Origin: Balanoglossus misakiensis
Taxonomy: Eukaryota > Animalia > Hemichordata
Length of the DNA: 64,000 bases
NCBI GenBank assembly: GCA_040954595.2
Contig: CM082580.2
Location: forward strand, 3,648,783-3,712,782
Direction: 5' to 3'
In this document: positions 50,201 to 62,200 of the stretch, in pieces
Numbering within the stretch: position 1 is the first letter of the stretch
Layout of the letters: the number at the start of each line of letters is the position of its first letter
The notes under the pieces: generated by a model
Databases searched by the model: none
The model's input: the letters and a program-made list of their open reading frames with translations, nothing else
Told to the model about the DNA's origin: nothing
Translations under genes and position numbers: made by a program

Positions 50201-53200
50201 TATTTACGACAGAATTTAACTTTGAAATGAGTTCAACTAAATCTCGTTTTAATATAAAAAAACAAGTGTTGAACTAAAACGTACTTCACATTCTCGCCCC
50301 ACCAGACTACGGATTTCTTTCGTTTCACTATCGAAATCACGTACTCTGGTTAAAATGGAGTACCGCGCTGGTATTTGAACATATTGGTAATGCATATTCA
50401 TGAGATGACATCATTATAATCTGGCCAATCTAAGAGGTGAAATGACCAGCACGACTGCTGCTACGTTTCTTTGCCGAAAGATCGTGGTTAGCGACTGGTA
50501 GCACATCGACTTTCCGCTGCTTGTTCTGGTACTCATAAATACGCCTTGCCCTTTTAATAAGTCAGATATTACATTCTTCTGGTGCAGATAAAGTGAATCG
50601 ATTCCGAAGGCGTCGCAAACTGCACGTTCTTCGCTCTCACTCAGACTCAGAGCACTGCCACTGGAAGCCGCCATGTTGTTTAGAATGAGATGTAATGAGA
50701 TGCGTGAATGGGATGTAACAAGCAATCTGATTGGTTGTTGGATGTACTATGAAAGCGCCTAGACCAAATACTGAATACATGGCCGTATTATACCACGGCC
50801 TTTTTGCGGGGAGCAGAGCGCTGCCGTAAAAGGGCCGTGGTTTGCGACGATGGTACTTCAGCGTTTTTGCTTATTTATGTTTAACAGAGTGCTTAGAATT
50901 TACAAAATACACGGACTGATGTCGGTGAGAATTTTCGTACAATGGTAAATATCTCAGACATTGATTGTGCTATGAAAGAATGAAACAATTCTCAAAAAAG
51001 TTCACATCTACACAGACTTTCACTAATTGCCCCGTGAAAGAGAAAAAAGAGTAACCCTAATATATTATACTATAACATAGCACGGTAGTATATGCGACAA
51101 CTGATACAAATGTAGGTAACTGATATGTTTACCCAATAAACCGTCTAATATTTGAGATTCCCAAAATGTGGAGGGGCCCCAAAATTTGACCTCCTTCATT
51201 TTTGAGCAGTCCCCATAGAAGTTAAAAAAGAAATTGGAAGAAATCCTTTACAAATACACATGTCACACTATGAAGGTTAGATCTATGAACAAATATCTCC
51301 AGGGCTGCTAAAACTAAAGTGACCCCCCCCCCTCCTGCAAGTAAATGTGATTGAGGGGTCCAACAAAAAATTGATTTCCATCTTTTTGGGGGTGTTTATT
51401 CATCATTAAAACCAAAATATCAAACAAAACAAATAACTATTAGCAAAAATTGCGTCATGGACACGGTGGTCCCATTGAGGGATTACACAAGAAAAAGTCT
51501 ACACTGGAGTACATGGCCATATACAGACAGACAGACAGACAGACAGACACACACATAGCGAGAGATCAATGGGCAAGCACTGACTGACCCATAAGCTGCC
51601 AATGGCATATGTACTGTACATACACTAAATGGAACAGCTGGCCTCTTTAAAACTTAGCCAGTTATGTAATCATTCAGGAATTTACTGTGTAAATCAATCA
51701 CTGAGGGAACTTCCTGCCTAATTAAAACAACTCAATAAAGTAAATACACACCACTTTGCAAAGCAATCTGACCAGTAGTTCTTGAGTTACTGAGTTTTGA
51801 CCAAATTCACATTTTCCAGCTAATTTGCATATTTTGGCGATGACACCTTCATTTGAACAAACTCCCATCTACAGCCAAGCTTGCATCTGCACACCAAATA
51901 TCAAGGTGATACACGCAGCGGTTTTCAAGTTTTTGATGTGGACGGACATGCAGACATACATCCATACATCCATCCATCCATCCATCCATACATCCATCCG
52001 TACATACATACATACAGACGCAACCGATCCCATAAGGTCCCATGGTAAATACCAATGGGACCTAAAAACTCCTACGAGAATACAAGAAATAGGTGAACAA
52101 ATACATTTAAGATTGTCGAAATGGAGTGCCCCCCCCCCCCACAAAAGTATTAGAGAGGCCCTAAAATTTGCATGTGATTTTTTGTGACCAGGCTGGTCCC
52201 CATTTAAGTCAAAACAGGAAATTCTACGAAAATGGAGTAGATAGGTGAATAAATATCTTCGGGGAGGCCAAAACGAGGGTAACCCCCCAGAAAAACATGA
52301 TGGAGGGGCCCTAAAAATTGCACCCCATCATTTTCGGATAGTTGGGTCCCCATTGAAGCCAAAACAGCAAAAAAATCAATTTAGCACAAAAATCCTACGG
52401 GAATACACATCATACCACACTAAAGCTTGGTGCTCTGAGCGAAAAGTGAATACTCTCATCGAAAAGCTGGGTGCTCTGAGCGAAAAGTGAATACTCTCAT
52501 CGAAAAGCTGGGTGCTAATTTTGGCATGAATTACACTCCATACATTTGCAACATGAGTAAAAATTGTTTTGGTTCTGATTTGTAGTGAAAGTCTTCAATA
52601 TTTCAAAATAATATTTATAGAAAGCCGTCAGACATGCAAAATGTGTGAGCTGCTTTAGTCTTTCTAAAACACATTAAAAGCTTAAAACCAAAAAAAAGTG
52701 TTTCTTAATTGTCTCTTGTGTCGTTTTATCCATTATTTCACTGTGTAAAGTTGTTTCTGTTTAGCTTGAAACAGAATACCCACAGGTCGCACTCGGCCTG
52801 CGGCGGTTTGCTGTAACTTTGCATAAGATACTTCGCACCGGCGTCGGTAATTTAGACAGAGAAGGCGTGAACGCCTGATAGGAGTAGTGTTTTCTATGTA
52901 CATTCATTTACATCAGGCTGATATTGTCTAATTGTAGGGGCCATTGTGAACCACGCGCAACTGACCTACTTGAAATTCAGGCAGCTGTAAAGTTTTCACG
53001 TGAGTTTGTGAACACCATTTGTACAAAGACAAGTATGTATGACCACGAAGCAGTAAGCCTCGCTTTCAGCATTTTTGCCAAGAGTTGTAGGATCTTCACA
53101 GCTATGTACCCAGAAGGGAGTACTAGAAATGGACATGATGCAACCGACGAAAAACTGCGGGAAATTCATAACACGACCGTTGGCGTTCAACATATCGCAT

Positions 53201-56200
53201 TTGAGTGGCTTAGAAAAGAACTTCCCCATTATTTGATGTACTACAGCAAGAGTGATTATCATACTACATGTATTCTGGAGTATAGCAGTGAATTACAGGT
53301 GGGTTTTTATATCTATAGTAAGGTGCTGGTTGTTCCCTGCTGTCTCTTGATGACTTTCAGGTGTCATGGATAAGAGCGTACAGAGAGATGGATTTCTTGA
53401 TATTTTTACTTGAGAATTAAAATACTATATAATTATACATTTGGGGAAACATTACAGAAATGTGCAGTGTATATGTGTATTTTGCTGTCGCTACTAAGCA
53501 CAACACAAATTCTATCAAGATTAGGGACCGTTTTTACGGCCGGGGGGGGGGGCGGCAAAATCCAGGGGGGGGGGGTCACTTAAATTTTGAAGTCCAAAAG
53601 GGGGTGTCATCTGTTTTTTTTTAAACGTTTAGGGGGTCACATACTTTTGCCACCGAACTTTTTGCTTTTGAGTTCATTAAAATGCAACTTTGCGCTACAT
53701 ATTTTACAAAATTTTCGCGGACACCCCCTCCCACACCCACCCCTCCATTCTTCGCCACATTGCATTTATTCGCTGGTTTGTCTAGTGTACCAGGGCATAC
53801 TTCTTACCGCCCCACCCCCATGCTTACTTTGAGTGGAGTGGCAAAATTAAAATTTGTCCTCCCTAACATTGAGTTAATTTGCTTTTGAGTTCATTATAAT
53901 GCAACTTTGAACACCGTATTTTACAATTTTTTTCGCCCACCCCCGCCACTTTTCTTCTTTTACCAATTCTAGCAACTATTGTATTGACTTGTCATTTTAA
54001 TTTGTTCATAGATTTCTTTATTGCAACGATATACTATTATATACTTCAATAATACTTTAAGAAATTTATAATTAAGGTGTGGGGAGCCTCATTCCCTTTA
54101 TTGCATACAGTGTACATACGATCAGGACGGCGAATGTTTTCGGCGTGGGGGGTCATCATATTTTTGGGTCTGTCAAAGGGGGGGGGTCATCATTTTTTGG
54201 TCCTGGGTGAAGGGGGGGGGGTCGGCCTGATTTTGAAAACCGATGACACAAACTTGCCGCCCTCTCCCGGCCGTACAAACTGAACGGTCCCTAAAGTAAG
54301 TGTTGTAAGTTCTTGTTGCAACCAAATAAATGAAGGCAATCAAATTTCATGTATCATTTTTAGTAACGTGTTCATGAGAACTAGTTCAATTATTTACATA
54401 ATCATTTTCCAAACGGTGCATGCATATCTTTGGAAAATCACATTCCTTTATCTTTAGAATTAATTTTATCATTCGTTCCTCTTCTTCATACAGTGATACA
54501 ATACAAACTCAGTAATGAAATCTCAAAAATGTGCAGTTAGAGCTTATGTCAATTACTACTACATTTAAATTTTTCGACAGCAAGAATGGGAATTGCACGG
54601 CCAGACGTGATGACAATTACAAAAAAATGCCAATGCATTTTGTAACTCATTGTGTGTAAATTCTACAGGTATGGACAGAGTTTCTATCCGTGGAGTTCGC
54701 TTCGGAGGCATCAAATAAATTTTGGCAAGAAAAGCTACTGCAGATGTTTTCAGGAAAACTGGATGAGGTTAGCATATGTTATTGAAAATGGGATGTTCTT
54801 AATCAAACCATATGCTACGATTATGCAGCGAATACACAATAACTAGTTATAGTGACAAGTCATTCTCTTTTGACCTTTTGGTCAATTTTGTTTGATATGT
54901 ACAGTTGTCTACGCAGTGTCATGACAACAATATGACGTTAAATAGGGGATGTGGGCACGCCAAAAATTCCATCCAAAATCACCAATGCACACTCACATAA
55001 AATGTTTCCATATTGGTGATAAACGACCGAGCTGTACTATAGTGCGGGAGGAGAGGGAGTCATGTCTGTCTAAGGCTGTTGTCCTATCATGTATGGTCTT
55101 TCAGGCCAGGTTCGTTTGTCACCAATATGGGAAAAATATGTGTGTTGATTTTTTGGCGTGCCCACAGCCCCTACTTAACGACAGATTGATGTCATGACAG
55201 TTGTTTGACTTCATGAGACATGTTTAAATAAATACTGGTCAACAACCTCAACTCTGCTTGTATAGACAGCTAGCTTAAACGTTCAATGAAATAGTCAAAT
55301 GTATGTACTTAAAATATCAAGCAAGTTACAGACAGTGCGTGGAAATGCCCGAATTCACGCTGTTTTTACTAAAGCCGCAGCAGCTGCCAATTTTGATGTA
55401 TTTTAATTATTTCTCTGTTACAGATATCCGAGGAGCAAAGAATTCATTTATTCTGTAGCACAGATCTGTCAGAATACCATCCCCGATTGTTTGAGGGCAT
55501 TGGTTTGGCTGCGTTTTCAGCCATTGCGAACCTTTGCAAGGTAAATTTAGTCTCCTGATGAGTGAGTCCAGTGACTCACGAAACAACGTTGTAGCTAGAG
55601 ATTATACCGCCTACCGTTTCTCCAGCTACCCTTACAATAAGCGCAGCATGACAGATAAGACAAGTGGCACTGTGAAGGCTTTGTCCTGGCGAATTTTGTT
55701 ATTTTGGTTTCCTTATTACTGACAACACAATGCGCTACAATGCTCTCAACTCGATGTGATTCTGTGAATAATGGCAGAAAGTATGTATGTATGTATGTAT
55801 GTATGTATGTATGTATGTATGTATGTATGTATGTATGTATGTATGTATGTATGTATGTATGTATGTATGTATGTATGTATGTGTGTGTGTGTGTATGTGT
55901 ATGTATGTATGTATGTATGTATGTATGTATGTATGTATGTATGTATGTATGTATGTATGTATGTATGTATGTATGTATGTATGTATGTATGTATGTATGT
56001 ATGGTGGCGGAATGTTTAAGGTCGGCAATTTTGCATAGCGCTAGCGCTGTGTAACTGCTGCTACGAATTTTCAGCGATAAAAGAGGGTTGGGAAGTGTCT
56101 AAATTTAAGGTGTTACATAACTATGCTTTGCTTCTTTGTCTGAACACACACATACACACATACATTTATAAAAACAGAAAGACAGACCGGCATATTAAAT

Positions 56201-59200
56201 TGGTCAAGCACAAACTTACAGCCAACCGTTTTTGTGGATAGGAACTCGTTAATAGCTTTACTACCCACATTACCGATATCTTCGAGTGTTTTCCCCATCA
56301 GAATATTGAATGTCGAGACATGTGGCGTCAAAGAAAACTAATATTTTTAATTTGTTATAGCGAGGAGAAGGAGGACATCTCTTCGACACAATAAGTGGAG
56401 CCCACAGTACAAACAGGCGAAAACATCCTGACAAAGCGTATAGATATGGAGAACTTCTGTCAGATTTACTGAGTAAATCTTGGCCGAAGAATGAAAATGG
56501 TCGAGCTGCGCCAAACGATCACGAAGTGTTACGTCATCTGTTGACGTGGCCGGCTTCGATTGGCTTTTTCAAAATGACAGGTTTGTAAATTTTATCTTAG
56601 AAATCAACAATCACATTAATGGCTGATTTGGACAGTCGCAAACATGATGAAGTGTCTTCAAATTCGTATAACACGGGCACAAAATAATTTCGAAAAAAAG
56701 TAAGTAGGATAGACACATGGTAGAATCGCCTTATTGCAATTTTGTATGCGGTATGAGTCCGTGCCGAATGATCCATTCATTGTGTAAACCATTCAACTCA
56801 ACCGGTCCAGTGGTTTAATAATCTTGATACCACAAAAACGACCTATGCTGTGTTTTGTGTCATGTTGTACCTTTCTATTTCCTGTAATACATAAATTCTC
56901 TCATTGTAGATGCAATTTGTTCTTTAAAACTTTAAGACAACGCCAAGCGTTTTTTTTCTCTATGAAAAAGAACTATTACTTACATTGAATTTAATTTAGA
57001 TGCGCAATCGAGTCGCAGCGATGCTGTCGGCCATTGCTCACGTGCCAGAACATCTGGTGATGTCTTATTGTGCAATAAAGCCACAACTTACAGCTAATGT
57101 GCAACCTACCGGTCTTGTTGTTAATGTTAACAAAAACGGACACTCATGCACTTACTTAAGCATGTGTTAATCAATCTTAAAACGTACGCCCGTGCCCATT
57201 GGCTAGTTGCAAAATGACATGCGATGTTTGTTTGGGGAGCAAAGTTTGTTTTACAAAGGTAAAAGCTCGAAAAAAGAAGGATTTTCACATTATTGAGCCT
57301 GAGTTGCACTTCACTGTAGGCTGTCATGAGCATAGTTATTGGGCTATGAAAAACTGGAATTATTTTTTCAAAAGAGGCACATTCAATGTTTCGCTTCATA
57401 AACGAAACGGAAACTATATTTTACGCGTGAATAAAGGTAATGAAACAAGCGACAGTCTGTTAAGTTTAACATGTTATGACGATAAGCGGTAAGAATTACA
57501 GAGACAATAATTACTAAGTGTTTTCAGTGCACACAGATGAGGATCTTGGTTATGGTGACATACTCAGTGGTGAAGCTCAAACTAGTTCTTCGTTGATCGA
57601 ACGGTTGAAATCGGAGATCTTCACTGGCGATATTTCTATTGGCGATATGCATTTGGTACTCGACAACCACCTACAGTTCATTGAGTTGTGTAAAATAACA
57701 GAGAAAGGAGATCAGGCGCACAACTCCAACATGGGGGAAGGCGATACAACTGAGACGATTTCATCAAGCCAGCTACTTATCAAAGTTCTCCATCACAGAA
57801 AAAATGAACGGGAGGAGTTTCAAAAGGAGAAACAGCTTGTAGCGTGTTTTGTTGGAAAGTGCAAATCAGTTGATCCAGGTTGGTATGTGCATAACCTGAG
57901 TTGGAACTGTTATGTCAATTTGGTCAAGTGATTTAGTCGAGAGAAGAACATCAGTTTCATTTAATTAGTCTCTCTCGTTGTTTTAGGTTGCACTGCGTGT
58001 CTGGATAAAAAACTTGAAGCACCGATCGAAATTCTCAAGTGGAAAGATATGTGTGATCCTGTAACACTGGAGAATGGACACTCCAATCCTTGCATCACAT
58101 ACTTCCAGCTTCCTGAATGCGTGAAGAAAATACTGGTGGCTCTTCACACAATTCACAATAGCTTCCTCTTTCACAAGCGATGGAACGACAAAAGCAAGAG
58201 TCTTCTTCAACAGAAAGGAAATCCCCACTTAACCATTGAGGATATGGCCACTAAAGTGTGGCCGTCTGCCTACCAATATGTCACAGCGTTGATTAGCAAG
58301 ATGAAGAATGGCACCGTCACTTTGGGACAGATTGACAAAGATTTTGCGGACTTCGAACATAACTACCAGGATATCCAGAAAGAGTTAGTGAAACTGAACG
58401 GAGACGCAGAGTGGATACCAGAAAGACTACAGCAAATTAAGCAGTACTATGAAATGGACCGTCGACTGGTAGCAGTGGATACAATACTCAAAGTGAAAGA
58501 CATGCTCAACTTGACAGGAAATTTCAAGGCTCTTGAAATTTTACTTTCCTTGGTTAGTGAAACACGACCGTCTCCGAGTTAATATGTATTGATCCATTGA
58601 GAATGTGTGTTTAGGTAGAATGCTCCTCGAAAACCAAAGTCGTAAACTTTCTCTTGTATTAACTGAAGACAATTTAAGATTACCCCGGTATTCTCTTTTA
58701 TAATTGCGAATTAAAATTGGGGGTCACTGCGCAAAACTTTAAATGAGAGCAAAATTGTGTCAAATTCGAAATTTAAAATGGACGCCAATCTCTGTGTTAA
58801 GTCAATGGAGATTTGCACGAAAACAAAACCATGAACACCCAGTTTTCTTCCTTATTTTCACATCGACCTCCATACACTTTAATATAACAAATAATTGAAA
58901 TTTGTGGAGGCCTATCATTTTTTAAATCCATTCCCGAGGCGCATACTACCTTCAATCAAACATGATCGAACTATTTTGTAATAATCGGATCTTGAACATA
59001 ACCTCAAAATAGTTTAGAAATCACTATTTTACTTGGTTATTTTTGTAAAAACTGCAATTCTAATATTGTGTTCTGATAAACAAGCAATTTTCAAAAATGC
59101 CAATGCGGGTTCATAATGATTTGTTGATTTTTATATTTCTGGATATCTTATATAATCACAAAATAGTTCCAGTTGTGTTAATACCAATTTGCTTCACTTT

Positions 59201-62200
59201 ATTGCTTTCGTGTGCACCTATATTATAAGACAAAAAACGTACTTTGACCTATCAGTATACCGGAACATTGTGTCGTATCCTTTCTATAGTGACCATACAT
59301 CATCCACTCACAACTAAGTTAATGTTTTCTGCAGAATGAAGGTAACATCAGAGAGAGAGAGCTGAATTCTATTGATGACCATGTAGTGGATATAGGTGAA
59401 AAACTATCCAGTATCGATCCAGGAGAGGTCAAGTGCCTGGAAGCAATGCTGAACTGCAAGGAATTGATTGGATGGCTAAGAACTGAAATACAAAGTAAGG
59501 GTAATTCTTCAAAATGAAAAAGTCCATTGAACTTGCAGGCCTGATGTTACTTGTTTTGCCTGCCCATCTCTTAAGCACTGCAAGTGAAGCAGACGAATAG
59601 ATAAACACACTTTGAACTACTTTGTGAAATGAACTTCTTTTGATAATAAGATGTTGCAAATAGACTGACAATACATGTAGTTTACTTTTCACTGTTCTAC
59701 TTAATTATATATTTAAATTGTAAATAACTTAAATTCTTATATTTTGACTGAAAAACAAGCACATTGTCAAAGCAGTTCCATAGAATGCACGGTTGATTTA
59801 TCTGGTATTTCTAGATATCATCACAGCACACAATTGTTCCAGTTGTGTTTAAAGCAAAGCAAATCATCTCGGTTCCATGTAAACTCTGGTTGTGACTAAG
59901 ATGTTAATTTTCCGACAGCAATGTAAACTGAATGTTATGTTTTCAAGACCATCCTGTTGGGTCCAGTAAACTAGCAACATCACATATAAGGTTACGATAC
60001 TCAGCATTCTGGTTTGGGCTGATTGTTAAATTTGACTTAAAAGAAATCACTACCACACTGCATAGTATACCACAGAATCAGAGACTGAAAAATTAAGATG
60101 GGAAATATGCATTGCCTTCTTAATTAACGAAAATCTGTGTTATTGACATGACTTACAGATGTGAAGCAACTGAATGTCTTTATGGATCTGGCCATGATCT
60201 CAGCCGGCGAGACTCCGATGGAAGTGGACCGTGTTAAATTTCTTCACCAAGCCACAACCGGATATGCCCCTCTTATCTTTGACCTAAAGTCAGATGCTGA
60301 CTTCGACCAGCTGCTTCTCTCGTGTAATTCATTGTGGAATGCTTTGAAAAATGATGAAGAGTTGCCCGAAAAATTGGTAGGTAATACAAACGAATTTAAT
60401 GCAGCCGTAAGTAATTAGAGGTAATGTAGGTAGAGTCAGTTATGCATTCCTTATTGCTAAACTGATATTTTTTAATGATTTGAACAAACACTGACAAAAC
60501 TAAGAAAATTTTATACTAAATTTTCAATCAAAGATTGTTTTTAATCATGAAAAGTATAAAAGGCAATTGCGTAGAATAAGATATTTTTAATGCCAGGCCT
60601 TGATGATACATTTATGATATATTTCCAATAGTACAGCAAATTCGATGAAATATTTTACAGATATTGACATGCATAAGAACAAGTCCTTCCAGATCTCTAC
60701 TCAAAGCTGCTACATTAGGCATGAGGTGGGCGTTAGCAAGTGACAGCATAAACTTAGCCATATTTTATCAACTACTTTTCCCAATCCCAAAACAACCAAA
60801 TTTGACATCTCTCTTGCCTCATAAGTTCCATCGGCTGCTGTTGTCATTTTACAATTACACACACCCCTTGGCGACCCAGTCATATACTCTCTATTTCATG
60901 GTCACAATTTGTGTAGGAGCATCTAATTACATGTCCATATATTGTGTTTTGTTTGGTAATAGAGAGATGTAAGTCGTCAGATTGAGTGGCTTAAAGCAGT
61001 AAAGAAATCTCATGGCTCGGTAGAATTATCAGCCTTAAGCCAGGCAGAAGCCATCAACTCTAGAGGAATCTACACAGTAGGATGTCTCGACAAGAAGACA
61101 GAAAAGGTAAATGTAGGTCATTTTTGTAGTTTAGGATGTGTAGTATGCGATGTTTTATACCCGCGTCAAGAGACGTCTTGTCTATACAATTACATATGAA
61201 ATAAGTATATATTATAGTATAATAAGAAAAAAAAACATTACATAAATATTTTCTGAAAGTGTAATTTTAGTCGTTACTTATCTACACTCTTTCAAGGATT
61301 CCGTTGATGCAGTTGTAAGCCTGTTAGTTCCTGGTGATCACGACGACACGACATCAGCGGAAACACAGAGGGACAAAAAATATACCTTGGAGATGTTGCG
61401 AGATTTACAAAGCATATTAATGCTGGTGGCTGGAAAAGCAGAGAAGGGTAAAGACGAAGTTGATAAGTTTACGGAGGTACGAACTTAAAAATAGCTCAGT
61501 AATTTATGAATAAATTGGAGGAATAAAATGGCGGTGCGGTAACTAGTAATACTTATGTATGAGTAAAGGGCGAGAGAGAACTAAATTCGGAGAAGAAGCC
61601 AAGCATACGTTAATTTGGACTTCCTCTCACCGGATCTTATTATGAAATTGAATCGTACTATACAACATACCAATGAAAATTTGCTTTTAAGAGAATTGTG
61701 TGTACTACTGACTGGTTCCTCTAATATACGATCACGAAGGGGGGAAATGTAACTCGCACAAAAGGAGAACAGTTAATCAATGACCATGTCTCATTCAACT
61801 AAAATTTAGCTTGACCTGGAATTGCGAAACTTGGATCGTATAGGTATCGACAAAACAAAGCATGAACACCCTGACGAACGGCTGAATGCTTTGCTCCTTT
61901 GATAATGATAGATTATAACACTTGATTTGTTTGACTCCACTTGATTTTGTAACGCAAACCTACTTTTGCAAATTTTAGAAAGTCTGTACAAGATCGTGTT
62001 TTCAGAACCTACGACGTATCAGAAACTGCACTGCTTGGACTTGTACATACCTGATCAGATGTTCCTAACAGAATCTCTATATTTTCTCTAACACAGATAC
62101 TATCAAGTGTGACCCGGCTGGCGTCCACATATGTTGATCTGTGTTCTGCGGGAAATGTCTTGTTCTCAGAATGGAAAGTTGTCATTTATTGCGAGCCAGA

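Larger units (their letters stand above)
46847..51198 (+). repeat. Tandem duplication of a ~1.89-kb unit (46847-48732 and 48733-51198)
   Basis: Both units start TTAATTGGTTTTCACAGTCTCTACC and end AAAATTTGACCTCCTTCA. They are near-identical, except that unit 2 carries a 564-bp insertion. Confidence 0.92.
43815..52542. mobile_element. 8.7-kb IS3EU-type non-autonomous TIR element with nested insertions, in an RNF213 intron
   Basis: CATTTG|TATGGAGTGTAATTCATGCCAAAATTAGCACCCAGCTTTTCGATGAGAGTATTCACTTTTC ... exact reverse complement ending CACTCCATA|CATTTG. ~60-bp perfect TIR, 6-bp TSD, TAT...ATA termini, subterminal AGCACCCAGCTTTTCG repeats at both ends. TIR and TSD are seen directly; the IS3EU assignment comes from recalled superfamily signatures. 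Confidence 0.8.

Noticed and set aside
50414-50725. Functional host RecQ helicase gene nested in RNF213
   Set aside because: Truncated after motif Ia, with no DEAH box or further exons, and bounded by a TSD.
52424-52520. 42-bp tandem repeats (and related repeats at 43841-43955) as a CRISPR-like array
   Set aside because: No unique spacers and no cas genes, in a eukaryotic context. They are subterminal repeats of the 43815-52542 element.
43813-52544. Ginger-type reading (TGTA...TACA ends) of the large element
   Set aside because: That boundary gives no 4-bp TSD, whereas the TAT...ATA boundary gives a perfect 6-bp TSD.
55704-56054. ORFs with MYVC/HTYI repeats
   Set aside because: Translations of the (GTAT)n microsatellite.
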